Positions 1-15,000 of a stretch of 64,000 bases of DNA are shown here, one piece after another. The notes beneath the pieces were generated by a model. That model was not told the DNA's origin, did no database searches, and saw only the letters and a program-made list of their open reading frames with translations. The translations under genes were made by a program, and so were the position numbers. This DNA is from Pristiophorus japonicus (taxonomy: Eukaryota), in NCBI RefSeq assembly GCF_044704955.1, contig NC_091995.1, positions 53,382,001-53,446,000 on the forward strand. The letters are read 5' to 3'. The first letter of the stretch is position 1. Each line of letters begins with the position of its first letter.

Positions 1-3000
1 GCCTCCAACAGTGCAGAGGCCCTCTGTACTTCCCCTCCGACAGTGCAGCACTCTCTCAGTACTGTACCTCCGACAGTGCAGCAGTCCCTCAGTACTACTC
101 CTCCAACAGTGCAAATCTCTCCCAGTACTGCCCTTCCCACAGTGCAGCACTCCCTCAGTACTGCCCCTCCAACAGTGCAGCGTTGCCTCCGTACTGTCCC
201 TCCGACACTGCAGCGCTCCCTCAGTACTGCCCCTCCGACAGTGCAGCACTCCCTCAGTACTGCCCCTCCAACAGTGCAGCGTTGCCTCAGTACTGTCCCT
301 CCGACACTGCAGCGCTCCCTCAGTACTGCCCCTTCTAAAGTGCAGTGCTCCATCAGTACCTCACCTCCAACAGCGCAGCGCTCCCTCAGTACTGCCCCTC
401 CCACAATGCAGCACTCCCTCAGTACTGTCCCTCCCACAATGCAGCACTCCCTCAGTACTGCCCCTCCAACAGTGCAGCACTCCGTCAGTACTACCCCTCC
501 AACAGTGCAGCGCTCCCTCAGTACTGCCCCTCCGACAGTGCAGCACTCCATCAGTACTACCCCTCCGACAGTGCAACGCTCCCTCAGTACTGTCCTTCCA
601 ACAGTGCAGCACTCGCTCAGTATTGCCCCTCCCACAGTGCAGCAACTCCTCAGTACTTCCCCTCCGACAGTGCAGCACTCCCTCAGTACTACCCCTCCGA
701 CAGTGTAGCACTCCCTCAGTAGTGCCCCTCCGACAGCACAGCGCTCCCTCTGTAGTGCCCCTCCGCCAGTGCAGCACTCCCTGAGTACTGCCCCTCCCAC
801 AGTGCAGTGTTCCCTCAGTACTACCCCTCCGACAGTGCAGCGCTCCCTCAGTACTGCTTCTCCTACAGTGCAACACTCCCTCAGTACTGCTCCTCCAACA
901 GCACAGCGCTCCCTCTGTAGTGCCCCTCCGCCAGTGCAGCACTCCCTGAGTACTGCCCCTCCCACAGTGCAGTGTTCCCTCAGTACTACCCCTCCGACAG
1001 TGCAGCGCTCTCTCAGTACTGCTTCTCCTACAGTGCAACACTCCCTCAGTACTACACATCCCAAAGTCTAGCACTCCCTCAGTACTGCCCCTCCCAAAGT
1101 CTAGCACTCCCTCAGTACTGCCCCTCCCAAAGTCTAGCACTCCCTCAGTATTGCCCCTCCCAAATTCTAGCACTCCCTCAGTACTACACATCCGAGAATG
1201 CAGTGCTCCCTCAGTACTGCTCCTCTGACAGTGCAACGCTCCCTCAGTACTGCCCCTCCGACAGTGCGGCGCTCCCTCCAACAGTGCAACTCTCTCTCAG
1301 TACTCCGCCTCCAACAGTGCAGAGGCCCTCTGTACTTCCCCTCCGACAGTGCAGCACTCTCTCAGTACTGTACCTCCGACAGTGCAGCAGTCCCTCAGTA
1401 CTACTCCTCCAACAGTGCAAATCTCTCCCAGTACTGCCCTTCCCACAGTGCAGCACTCCCTCAGTACTGCCCCTCCAACAGTGCAGCGTTGCCTCAGTAC
1501 TGTCCCTCCGACACTACAGCGCTCCCTCAGTACTGCCCCTCCGACAGTGCAGCACTCCCTCTGTACTGCCCCTTCCAAAGTGCAGTGCTCCATCAGTACC
1601 TCACCTCCAACAGCGCAGCGCTCCCTCAGTACTGCCCCTCCCACAATGCAGCACTCCCTCAGTACTGTCCCTCCCACAATGCAGCACTCCCTCAGTACTG
1701 CCCCTCCGACAGTGTAGCACTCCCTCAGTAGTGCCCCTCCGACAGTGCAACACTCCCTCAGTACTACCCATCCCAAAGTCTAGCACTTCCTCAGTACTGC
1801 CCCTCCCAAAGTCTAGCACTCCCTCAGTATTGCCCCTCCCAAAGTCTAGCACTCCCTCAGTACTGCCCCTCCCAAAGTCGAGCGCTCCCTCAGTACTGCC
1901 CTGCTCACAATGCAACACTCCTTCAGTACTACCCATCCGAGAATGCAGTGCTCCCTCAGTACTGCCCCTCCGACAGTGCAGCGCTCCCTCAGTACTGCTC
2001 CTCTGACAGTGCAACGCTACCTCCAACAGTGCAACTCTCTCTCAGTACTCCGCCTCCAACAGTGCAGAGGCCCTCTGTACTTCCCCTCCGACAGTGCAGC
2101 ACTCTCTCAGTACTGTACCTCCGACAGTGCAGCAGTCCCTCAGTACTACTCCTCCAACAGTGCAAATCTCTCCCAGTACTGCCCTTCCCACAGTGCAGCA
2201 CTCCCTCAGTACTGCCCCTCCAACAGTGCAGCGTTGCCTCCGTACTGTCCCTCCGACACTGCAGCGCTCCCTCAGTACTGCCCCTCCAACAGTGCTGCAC
2301 TCCCTCTGTACTGCCCCTTCTAAAGTGCAGTGCTCCATCGGTACCTCACCTCCAACAGCGCAGCGCTCCATCAGTACTGCCCCTCCCACAATGCAGCACT
2401 CCTTCAGTACTGTCTCTCCCACAATGCAGCACTCCCTCAGTACTGCCCGTCCGACAGTGCAGCACTCCGTCAGTACTACCCCTCCGACAGTGCAGCACTC
2501 CCTCAGTACTGCCCCTCCGACAGTGCAGCACTCCCTCAGTACTGTCCCTCCGACAGTGCAGCACTCCCTCAGTACTGCCCGTCCGACAGTGCAGCACTCC
2601 GTCAGTACTACCCCTCCGACAGTGCAGCACTCCCTCAGTACTGCCCCTCCGACAGTGCAGCACTCCCTCAGTACTGTCCCTCCGACAGTGTAGCACTCCC
2701 TCAGTACTACCCCACCAACAGTGCAGCGCTCCCTCAGTACTGCCCCACCGACAGTGCAGCACTCCATCAGTACTACCCCTCCGACAGTGCAACGCTCCCT
2801 CAGTACTGTCCTTCCAACAGTGCAGCACTCGCTCAGTATTGCCCCTCCCACAGTGCAGCAACTCCTCAGTACTTCCCCTCCGACAGTGCAGCACTCCCTC
2901 AGTACTACCCCTCCGACAGTGTAGCACTCCCTCAGTAGTGCCCCTCCGACAGCACAGCGCTCCCTCTGTAGTGCCCCTCCGCCAGTGCAGCACTCCCTGA

Positions 3001-6000
3001 GTACTGCCCCTCCCACAGTGCAGTGTTCCCTCAGTACTACCCCTCCGACAGTGCAGCGCTCTCTCAGTACTGCTTCTCCTACAGTGCAACACTCCCTCAG
3101 TACTGCTCCTCCAACAGCACAGCGCTCCCTCTGTAGTGCCCCTCCGCCAGTGCAGCACTCCCTGAGTACTGCCCCTCCCACAGTGCAGTGTTCCCTCAGT
3201 ACTACCCCTCCGACAGTGCAGCGCTCTCTCAGTACTGCTTCTCCTACAGTGCAACACTCCCTCAGTACTACACATCCCAAAGTCTGGCACTCCTTCAGTA
3301 CTGCCCCTCCCAAAGTCTAGCACTCCCTCAGTACTGCCCCTCCCAAAGTCTAGCACTCCCTCAGTATTGCCCCTCCCAAATTCTAGCACTCCCTCAGTAC
3401 TACACATCCGAGAATGCAGTGCTCCCTCAGTACTGCTCCTCTGACAGTGCAACGCTCCCTCAGTACTGCCCCTCAGACAGTGCGGCGCTCCCTCCAACAG
3501 TGCAACTCTCTCTCAGTACTCCGCCTCCAACAGTGCAGAGGCCCTCTGTACTTCCCCTCCGACAGTGCAGCACTCTCTCAGTACTGTACCTCCGACAGTG
3601 CAGCAGTCCCTCCGTACTACTCCTCCAACAGTGCAAATCTCTCCCAGTACTGCCCTTCCCACAGTGCAGCACTCCCTCAGTACTGCCCCTCCAACAGTGC
3701 AGCGTTGCCTCAGTACTGTCCCTCCGACACTACAGCGCTCCCTCAGTACTGCCCCTCCGACAGTGCAGCACTCCCTCTGTACTGCCCCTTCCAAAGTGCA
3801 GTGCTCCATCAGTACCTCACCTCCAACAGTGCAGCGCTCCCTCAGTACTGCCCCACCCACAATGCAGCACTCCATCAGTACTACCCCTCCGACAGTGCAA
3901 CGCTCCCTCAGTACTGTCCTTCCAACAGTGCAGCACTCGCTCAGTATTGCCCCTCCGACAGTGCAGCGCTCCCTCAGTACTACCCCTCCTACAGTGCAGC
4001 ACTCCCTCTGTACTGCCCCTTCTAAAGTGCAGTGCTCCATCAGTACCTCACCTCCAACAGCGCAGCGCTCCCTCAGTACTGCCCCTCCCACAATGCAGCA
4101 CTCCCTCAGTACTGTCCCTCCCACAATGCAGCACTCCCTCAGTACTGCCCCTCCGACAGTGTAGCACTCCCTCAGTAGTGCCCCTCCGACAGTGCAGCAC
4201 ACCCTCAGTACTGCCCCTTCAACAGTGCAGTACTCCCTCAGTACTGCCCCTCCGACAGTGCAGCACTTCCTCACTCCTGCCCCTCCGACAGTGCAGTACT
4301 CCCTCAGTACTGCCCCTCCAACAGCACAGCGCTCCCTCTGTAGTGCCCCTCCGTCAGTGCAGCACTCCCTGAGTACTGCCCCTCCCACAGTGCAGTGTTC
4401 CCTCAGTACTACCCCTTCGACAGTGCAGCGCTCTCTCAGTACTGCCTCTCCGACAGTGCAACACTCCCTCAGTACTACCCATCCCAAAGTCTAGCACTTC
4501 CTCAGTACTGCCCCTCCCAAAGTCTAGCACTCCCTCAGTATTGCCCCTCCCAAAGTCTAGCACTCCCTCAGTACTGCCCCTCCCAAAGTCGAGCGCTCCC
4601 TCAGTACTGCCCTGCTCACAATGCAACACTCCTTCAGTACTACCCATCCGAGAATGCAGTGCTCCCTCAGTACTGCCCCTCCGACAGTGCAGCGCTCCCT
4701 CAGTACTGCTCCTCTGACAGTGCAACGCTACCTCCAACAGTGCAACTCTCTCTCAGTACTCCGCCTCCAACAGTGCAGAGGCCCTCTGTACTTCCCCTCC
4801 GACAGTGCAGCACTCTCTCAGTACTGTACCTCCGACAGTGCAGCAGTCCCTCAGTACTACTCCTCCAACAGTGCAAATCTCTCCCAGTACTGCCCTTCCC
4901 ACAGTGCAGCACTCCCTCAGTACTGCCCCTCCAACAGTGCAGCGTTGCCTCCGTACTGTCCCTCCGACACTGCAGCGCTCCCTCAGTACTGCCCCTCCAA
5001 CAGTGCTGCACTCCCTCTGTACTGCCCCTTCTAAAGTGCAGTGCTCCATCGGTACCTCACCTCCAACAGCGCAGCGCTCCATCAGTACTGCCCCTCCCAC
5101 AATGCAGCACTCCTTCAGTACTGTCTCTCCCACAATGCAGCACTCCCTCAGTACTGCCCGTCCGACAGTGCAGCACTCCGTCAGTACTACCCCTCCGACA
5201 GTGCAGCACTCCCTCAGTACTGCCCCTCCGACAGTGCAGCACTCCCTCAGTACTGTCCCTCCGACAGTGTAGCACTCCCTCAGTAATGCCCCTCCGACAG
5301 TGCAGCACTCCCTCAGTACTACCCCTCCGACAGTGCAGCACTCCCTCAGTACTGCCCCTCCGACAGTGCAGCACTCCCTCAGTACTGTCCCTCGGCCAGC
5401 GCAGCACTCCCTCAATACTGTGCCTCCGACAGTGCTGCACTTCCTCACTCCTGCCCCTCCGACAGTGCAGTACTCCCTCAGTACTTCCCCTCCAACAGCA
5501 CAGCGCTCCCTCTGTAGTGCCCCTCCGCCAGTGCAGCACTCCCTGAGTACTGCCCCTCCCACAGTGCAGTGTTCCCTCAGTACTACCCCTCCGACAGTGC
5601 AGCGCTCTTTCAGTACTGCCTCTCCGACAGTGCAGCGCTCCCTCAGTACTACACCTCCTACAGTGCAACACTCCCTCAGTACTACCCATCCCAAAATCTA
5701 GCACTTCGTCAGTACTGCCCCTCCCAAAGTCTAGCACTCCCTCAGTATTGCCCCTCCCAAAGTCTAGCACTCCCTCAGTACTGCCCCTCCCAAAGTCGAG
5801 CGCTCCCTCAGTACTGACCTGCTCACAATGCAACACTCCTTCAGTACTACCCATCCGAGAATGCAGTGCTCCCTCAGTACTGCCCCTCTGACAGTGCAGC
5901 GCTCCCTCAGTACTGCTCCTGTGACAGTGCAGCAGTCCCTCAGTACTACCCCTCCCAAAGTCTAGCGCTCCCTCAGTATTGCCCCACCCATAGTCTAGCA

Positions 6001-9000
6001 CTCCCTCAGTACTGCCCCTCCCAAAGTCGAGCGCTCCCTCAGTACTGCCCTGATCACAATGCAACACTCCCTCAGTACTACCCATCCGACAGTGCGGCGC
6101 TCCCTCAGTACTGCTCCTCTGACAGTGCAACGCTCCCTCCAACAGTGCAACTCTCTCTCAGTACTCCGCCTCCAACAGTGCAGGGGCCCTCTGTACTTCC
6201 CCTCCGACAGTGCAGCACTCTCTCAGTACTGTACTTCCGACAGTGCAGCAGTCCCTCAGTACTACTCCTCCAACAGTGCAAATCTCTCCCAGTACTGCCC
6301 TTCCCACAGTGCAGCACTCCCTCAGTACTGCCCCTCCAACAGTGCAGCATTGCCTCAGTACTGTCTCTCCGACACTGCAGCGCTCCCTCAGTACTGCCCC
6401 TTCTAAAGTGCAGTGCTCCATCAGTACTGCCCTCCCACAATGCAGCACTCCCTTAGTACTGTCCCTCCCACAATGCAGCACTCCCTCAGTACTGCCCCTC
6501 CGACAGTGCAACACTCCATCAGTATTACCCCTCCGACAGTGCAGCGCTCCCTCAGTACTGCCCCTCCGACAGTGCAGTGCTCCCTCAGTACTGCCGCTCC
6601 GACAGTGAAGCTCTCCATCAGTACTGCCGCTCCAACAGCGCAGCGCTCCCTCAGTAGTGCCCTTCCGCCAGTCCAGCACTCCCTCACTACTGCCCCTCCG
6701 ACAGTGCAACTCTCACAGAGTTGTGCCAATCGGATGGTGCAGCACTCCCTCACTGTGGCCGCTCCGACTGTGTGGCGCTCCCTCAATACGGACCTTCCGA
6801 CAGTGCAGTGCTCCCTCAGTACTGCCCCGCTGACAGTGCAGCATTCCCTGAGTGCTGCCACTCCGACAGTGCAGCATGCCCTCAGTATTGCCCCTCCAAC
6901 AGTGCAGCGCTCCCTCAGTACTACCCCTCCGACAGTGCAGCACTCCCTCAGTACTGCCCCTCCGGCAGTGCAGCGCTCCCTCAGTACTGTCCTTCCAACA
7001 GTGCAGCACTCCCTCAGTAATGCCCCTCCGACAGTGCAGCACTCTCTTAGTGCTGTCCCTCGGCCAGCGCAGCACTCCCTCAATACTGTGCCTCTTACAG
7101 TGAAGCACTCCCTCAGTACTGCCCCTCCGACAGTGCAACACACCCTCAGTAGTGCCCCTCCAACAGCACAGCGCTCCCTCTGTACTGCCCCTCCCACAGT
7201 GCAGCACTCCCTCAGTACTGCCCCTCCGACAGTGCAGCGCTCTCTCAGTACTGCCTCTCCGACAGTGCAGCGCTCCCTCAGTGCTGCCCCTCCAACAGTG
7301 CAGCGCTCCCTCAGTACTACCCATCCCAAAGTCTAGCATTCCCTCAGTACTGCCCCTCCCAAAGTCTAGCACTCCCTCAGTATTGCCCCTCCCACAATGC
7401 AGCACTCCCTCAGTACTGTCCCTCCCACAATGCAGCACTCCCTCAGACCTGCCCCTCCAACAATGCAGCACTCCGTCAGTACTACCCCACCAACAGTGCA
7501 GCGCTCCCTCAGTACTGCCCCTCCGACAGTGCAGCACTCCATCAGTACTACCCCTCCGACAGTGCAACGCTCCCTCAGTACTGTCCTTCCAACAGTGCAG
7601 CACTCGCTCAGTATTGCCCCTCCGACAGTGCAGCGCTCCCTCAGTACTACCCCTCCTACAGTGCAACACTCCCTCAGTATTACCCAAACCAAAGTCTAGC
7701 ACTCCCTCAGTACTGCCCCTCCCAAAGTCGAGCGCTCCCTCAGTATTGCCCTGCTCACAATGCAACACTCCCCCAGTACTACCCATCCGAGAATGCAGTG
7801 CTCCCTCAGTACTGTCCCTCCGACAGTGCGCCGCTCCCTCAGTACTGTCCCTCCGACAGTGCGCCGCTCCCTCAGTACTGCTCCTCTGACAGTGCAACGC
7901 TCCCTCAGTACTGCCCCTCCGACAGTGCAGCGCTCCCACACTACTGCTCCTCTGACAAGTGCAACGCTCCCTCCAACAGTGCAACTCTCTCTCAGTACTC
8001 CGCCTCCAACAGTGCAGAGGCCCTCTGTACTTCCCCTCCGACAGTGCAGCACTCTCTCAGTACTGCCCTTCCCACAGTGCAGCACTCCCTCAGTACTGCC
8101 CCTCCAACAGTGCAGCGTTGCCTCCGTACTGTCCCTCCGACACTGCAGCGCTCCCTCAGTACTGCCCCTCCGACAGTGCAGCACTCCCTCAGTACTGCCC
8201 CTCCAACAGTGCAGCGTTGCCTCAGTACTGTCCCTCCGACACTGCAGCGCTCCCTCAGTACTGCCCCTTCTAAAGTGCAGTGCTCCATCAGTACCTCACC
8301 TCCAACAGCGCAGCGCTCCCTCAGTACTGCCCCTCCCACAATGCAGCACTCCCTCAGTACTGTCCCTCCCACAATGCAGCACTCCCTCAGTACTGCCCCT
8401 CCAACAGTGCAGCACTCCGTCAGTACTACCCCTCCAACAGTGCAGCGCTCCCTCAGTACTGCCCCTCCGACAGTGCAGCACTCCATCAGTACTACCCCTC
8501 CGACAGTGCAACGCTCCCTCAGTACTGTCCTTCCAACAGTGCAGCACTCGCTCAGTATTGCCCCTCCCACAGTGCAGCAACTCCTCAGTACTTCCCCTCC
8601 GACAGTGCAGCACTCCCTCAGTACTACCCCTCCGACAGTGTAGCACTCCCTCAGTAGTGCCCCTCCGACAGCACAGCGCTCCCTCTGTAGTGCCCCTCCG
8701 CCAGTGCAGCACTCCCTGAGTACTGCCCCTCCCACAGTGCAGTGTTCCCTCAGTACTACCCCTCCGACAGTGCAGCGCTCCCTCAGTACTGCTTCTCCTA
8801 CAGTGCAACACTCCCTCAGTACTGCTCATCCAACAGCACAGCGCTCCCTCTGTAGTGCCCCTCCGCCAGTGCAGCACTCCCTGAGTACTGCCCCTCCCAC
8901 AGTGCAGTGTTCCCTCAGTACTACCCCTCCGACAGTGCAGCGCTCTCTCAGTACTGCTTCTCCTACAGTGCAACACTCCCTCAGTACTACACATCCCAAA

Positions 9001-12000
9001 GTCTAGCACTCCCTCAGTACTGCCCCTCCCAAAGTCTAGCACTCCCTCAGTACTGCCCCTCCCAAAGTCTAGCACTCCCTCAGTATTGCCCCTCCCAAAT
9101 TCTAGCACTCCCTCAGTACTACACATCCGAGAATGCAGTGCTCCCTCAGTACTGCTCCTCTGACAGTGCAACGCTCCCTCAGTACTGCCCCTCCGACAGT
9201 GCGGCGCTCCCTCCAACAGTGCAACTCTCTCTCAGTACTCCGCCTCCAACAGTGCAGAGGCCCTCTGTACTTCCCCTCCGACAGTGCAGCACTCTCTCAG
9301 TACTGTACCTCCGACAGTGCAGCAGTCCCTCAGTACTACTCCTCCAACAGTGCAAATCTCTCCCAGTACTGCCCTTCCCACAGTGCAGCACTCCCTCAGT
9401 ACTGCCCCTCCAACAGTGCAGCGTTGCCTCAGTACTGTCCCTCCGACACTACAGCGCTCCCTCAGTACTGCCCCTCCGACAGTGCAGCACTCCCTCTGTA
9501 CTGCCCCTTCCAAAGTGCAGTGCTCCATCAGTACCTCACCTCCAACAGCGCAGCGCTCCCTCAGTACTGCCCCTCCCACAATGCAGCACTCCCTCAGTAC
9601 TGTCCCTCCCACAATGCAGCACTCCCTCAGACCTGCCCCTCCAACAATGCAGCACTCCGTCAGTACTACCCCACCAACAGTGCAGCGCTCCCTCAGTACT
9701 GCCCCTCCGACAGTGCAGCACTCCATCAGTACTACCCCTCCGACAGTGCAACGCTCCCTCAGTACTGTCCTTCCAACAGTGCAGCACTCGCTCAGTATTG
9801 CCCCTCCCACAGTGCAGCAACTCCTCAGTACTTCCCCTCCGACAGTGCAGCACTCCCTCAGTACTACCCCTCCGACAGTGTAGCACTCCCTCAGTAGTGC
9901 CCCTCCGACAGCACAGCGCTCCCTCTGTAGTGCCCCTCCGCCAGTGCAGCACTCCCTGAGTACTGCCCCTCCCACAGTGCAGTGTTCCCTCAGTACTACC
10001 CCTCCGACAGTGCAGCGCTCTCAGTACTGCTTCTCCTACAGTGCAACACTCCCTCAGTACTGCTCCTCCAACAGCACAGCGCTCCCTCTGTAGTGCCCCT
10101 CCGCCAGTGCAGCACTCCCTGAGTACTGCCCCTCCCACAGTGCAGTGTTCCCTCAGTACTACCCCTCCGACAGTGCAGCGCTCTCTCAGTACTGCTTCTC
10201 CTACAGTGCAACACTCCCTCAGTACTACACATCCCAAAGTCTGGCACTCCCTCAGTACTGCCCCTCCCAAAGTCTAGCACTCCCTCAGTACTGCCCCTCC
10301 CAAAGTCTAGCACTCCCTCAGTACTGCCCCTCCCAAAGTCTAGCACTCCCTCAGTACTGCCCCTCCCAAAGTCTAGCACTCCCTCAGTATTGCCCCTCCC
10401 AAATTCTAGCACTCCCTCAGTACTACACATCCGAGAATGCAGTGCTCCCTCAGTACTGCTCCTCTGACAGTGCAACGCTCCCTCAGTACTGCCCCTCAGA
10501 CAGTGCGGCGCTCCCTCCAACAGTGCAACTCTCTCTCAGTACTCCGCCTCCAACAGTGCAGAGGCCCTCTGTACTTCCCCTCCGACAGTGCAGCACTCTC
10601 TCAGTACTGTACCTCCGACAGTGCAGCAGTCCCTCAGTACTACTCCTCCAACAGTGCAAATCTCTCCCAGTACTGCCCTTCCCACAGTGCAGCACTCCCT
10701 CAGTACTGCCCCTCCAACAGTGCAGCGTTGCCTCAGTACTGTCCCTCCGACACTACAGCGCTCCCTCAGTACTGCCCCTCCGACAGTGCAGCACTCCCTC
10801 TGTACTGCCCCTTCCAAAGTGCAGTGCTCCATCAGTACCTCACCTCCAACAGCGCAGCGCTCCCTCAGTACTGCCCCTCCCACAATGCAGCACTCCCTCA
10901 GTACTGTCCCTCCCACAATGCAGCACTCCCTCAGGCCTGCCCCTCCAACAATGCAGCACTCCGTCAGTACTACCCCACCAACAGTGCAACGCTCCCTCAG
11001 TACTGTCCTTCCAACAGTGCAGCACTCGCTCAGTATTGCCCCTCCGACAGTGCAGCGCTCCCTCAGTACTACCCCTCCTACAGTGCAACACTCCCTCAGT
11101 ATTACCCAAACCAAAGTCTAGCACTCCCTCAGTACTGCCCCTCCCAAAGTCGAGCGCTCCCTCAGTATTGCCCTGCTCACAATGCAACACTCCCCCAGTA
11201 CTACCCATCCGAGAATGCAGTGCTCCCTCAGTACTGTCCCTCCGACAGTGCGCCGCTCCCTCAGTACTGTCCCTCCGACAGTGCGCCGCTCCCTCAGTAC
11301 TGCTCCTCTGACAGTGCAACGCTCCCTCAGTACTGCCCCTCTGACAGTGCAGCGCTCCCACACTACTGCTCCTCTGACAAGTGCAACGCTCCCTCCAACA
11401 GTGCAACTCTCTCTCAGTACTCCGCCTCCAACAGTGCAGAGGCCCTCTGTACTTCCCCTCCGACAGTGCAGCACTCTCTCAGTACTGTACCTCCGACAGT
11501 GCAGCAGTCCCTCAGTACTACTCCTCCAACAGTGCAAATCTCTCCCAGTACTGCCCTTCCCACAGTGCAGTGCTCCATCAGTACCTCACCTCCAACAGCG
11601 CAGCGCTCCCTCAGTACTGCCCCTCCCACAATGCAGCACTCCCTCAGTACTGTCCCTCCCACAATGCAGCACTCCCTCAGACCTGCCCCTCCAACAATGC
11701 AGCACTCCGTCAGTACTACCCCACCAACAGTGCAGCGCTCCCTCAGTACTGCCCCTCCGACAGTGCAGCACTCCATCAGTACTACCCCTCCGACAGTGCA
11801 ACGCTCCCTCAGTACTGTCCTTCCAACAGTGCAGCACTCGCTCAGTATTGCCCCTCCGACAGTGCAGCGCTCCCTCAGTACTACCCCTCCTACAGTGCAA
11901 CACTCCCTCAGTATTACCCAAACCAAAGTCTAGCACTCCCTCAGTACTGCCCCTCCCAAAGTCGAGCGCTCCCTCAGTATTGCCCTGCTCACAATGCAAC

Positions 12001-15000
12001 ACTCCCCCAGTACTACCCATCCGAGAATGCAGTGCTCCCTCAGTACTGTCCCTCCGACAGTGCGCCGCTCCCTCAGTACTGCTCCTCTGACAGTGCAACG
12101 CTCCCTCAGTACTGCCCCTCTGACAGTGCAGCGCTCCCACACTACTGCTCCTCTGACAAGTGCAACGCTCCCTCCAACAGTGCAACTCTCTCTCAGTACT
12201 CCGCCTCCAACAGTGCAGAGGCTCTCTGTACTTCCCCTCCGACAGTGCAGCACTCTCTCAGTACTGTACCTCCGACAGTGCAGCAGTCCCTCAGTACTAC
12301 TCCTCCAACAGTGCAAATCTCTCCCAATACTGCCCTTCCCACAGTGCAGCACTCCCTCAGTACTGCCCCTCCAACAGTGCAGCGTTGCCTCAGTACTGTC
12401 CCTCCGACACAGCAGCGCTCCCTCAGTACTGCCCCTCCGACAGTGCAGCAGTCCCTCTGTACTGCCCCTTCTAAAGTGCATTGCTCCATCAGTACCTCAC
12501 CTCCAACAGCGCAGCGCTCCCTCAGTACTGCCCCTCCCACAATGCAGCACTCCCTCAGTACTGTCCCTCCCACAATGCAGCACTCCCTCAGTACTGTCCC
12601 TCCGACAGTGCAGCACTCCGTCAGTACTACCCCTCCGACAGTGCAGCACTCCCTCAGTACTGCCCCTCCGACAGTGCAGCACTCCCTCAGTACTGTCCCT
12701 CCGACAGTGCAGCACTCCCTCAGTACTGCCCGTCCGACAGTGCAGCACTCCGTCAGTACTACCCCTCCGACAGTGCAGCGCTCCCTCAGTACTACACCTC
12801 CTACAGTGCAACACTCCCTCAGTACTACCCATCCCAAAATCTAGCACTTCCTCAGTACTGCCCCTCCCAAAGTCTAGCAGTCCCTCAGTATTGCCCCTCC
12901 CAAAGTCTAGCACTCCCTCAGTACTGCCCCTCCCAAAGTCGAGCGCTCCCTCAGTACTGACCTGCTCACAATGCAACACTCCTTCAGTACTACCCATCCG
13001 AGAATGCAGTGCTCCCTCAGTACTGCCCCTCTGACAGTGCAGCGCTCCCTCAGTACTGCTCCTGTGACAGTGCAGCAGTCCCTCAGTACTACCCCTCCCA
13101 AAGTCTAGCGCTCCCTCAGTATTGCCCCACCCATAGTCTAGCACTCCCTCAGTACTGCCCCTCCCAAAGTCGAGCGCTCCCTCAGTACTGCCCTGATCAC
13201 AATGCAACACTCCCTCAGTACTACCCATCCGACAGTGCGGCGCTCCCTCAGTACTGCTCCTCTGACAGTGCAACGCTCCCTCCAACAGTGCAACTCTCTC
13301 TCAGTACTCCGCCTCCAACAGTGCAGAGGCCCTCTGTACTTCCCCTCCGACAGTGCAGCACTCTCTCAGTACTGTACTTCCGACAGTGCAGCAGTCCCTC
13401 AGTACTACTCCTCCAACAGTGCAAATCTCTCCCAGTACTGCCCTTCCCACAGTGCAGCACTCCCTCAGTACTGCCCCTCCAACAGTGCAGCATTGCCTCA
13501 GTACTGTCTCTCCGACACTGCAGCGCTCCCTCAGTACTGCCCCTTCTAAAGTGCAGTGCTCCATCAGTACTGCCCTCCCACAATGCAGCACTCCCTTAGT
13601 ACTGTCCCTCCCACAATGCAGCACTCCCTCAGTACTGCCCCTCCGACAGTGCAACACTCCATCAGTACTACCCCTCCGACAGTGCAGCGCTCCCTCAGTA
13701 CTGCCCCTCCGACAGTGCAGTGCTCCCTCAGTACTGCCGCTCCGACAGTGAAGCTCTCCATCAGTACTGCCGCTCCAACAGCGCAGCGCTCCCTCAGTCG
13801 TGCCCTTCCGCCAGTCCAGCACTCCCTCACTACTGCCCCTCCGACAGTGCAACTCTCACAGAGTTGTGCCAATCGGATGGTGCAGCACTCCCTCACTGTG
13901 GCCGCTCCGACTGTGTGGCGCTCCCTCAATACGGACCTTCCGACAGTGCAGTGCTCCCTCAGTACTGCCCCGCTGACAGTTCAGCATTCCCTGAGTGCTG
14001 CCACTCCGACAGTGCAGCATGCCCTCAGTATTGCCCCTCCAACAGTGCAGCGCTCCCTCAGTACTACCCCTCCGACAGTGCAGCACTCCCTCAGTACTGC
14101 CACTCCGACAGTGCAGCTCTCCCTCAGTACTGCCCCTCCGACAGTGCAGCACTCCCTCAGTACTGCCCCTCCGACAGTACAACTCTCCCTCACCATTGAG
14201 CTTCCGACAGCATGGCGCTGCCTCAGTATTGCCCCTCCGACAGCGCAGCACTTCCTCAGTCGTGTCCCTCCGGCAGTGTGGTGCTCCCTCAGTACTGCCT
14301 CTCCAACAGTGCAGCAACCCTCAGTACTGCCTTCGGACAGTGCAGTGCTCCCTCATTACTACCTCTCCGACAGTGCAGCGCTCCCTCATTACTACCCCTC
14401 CGACAGTGCAGCACTCCCTCAGTACTGCCCCTCCGGAGTGCAGCGCTCCCTCATTACTACCCCTCCGACAGTGCAGCACTCCCAGTACTGCCCCTCCGAC
14501 AGTACAGCACTCCCTCAGTAGTGTACCTCCGACAGCGCAGAATCCCTCAGTATTGCCCCTCCGACAGTACAGCGCTCCCTCAGTACTGTACCTCCGACAG
14601 TGCAGCAGTCCCTCAGTACGACTGCTCCAACAGTGCAAATCTCTCCCAGTACTGCCCCTCCAAAAGTGCAGCGCTCCCTCAGTACTACCCCTCCGACAGT
14701 GCAGCGCTCCCTCAGTACTGCCCCTCCGCAGTGCAGCATGCTCTCAATACTGCCCCTCCGGCAGTGCAGCTCTCCCTCAGTAATGCCTCTCCGACAGTGC
14801 AGCACACCCTCAGTACTGCCCCTCCGACAGTGCAGCACTCCCTCAGTACTGTCCCTCCGACAGTGCGGCGCTCCCTGAGCACTGTCCCTCTGACAGTGCG
14901 GCACTCCCTCAGTACTGCCCCTCCGCAGTGCAGCATGCTCTCAGTACTGCCGCTCTGGCAGTGCAGCTCTCCCTCAGTACTGCCCCACCGACAGTGCAGC

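Noticed and set aside
6725-6731. CCAAT box in the diverged monomer, and CTCF- or Chi-like GGAGGGGCAG in the consensus
   Set aside because: These are short or partial matches without promoter context and cannot be supported from sequence alone.
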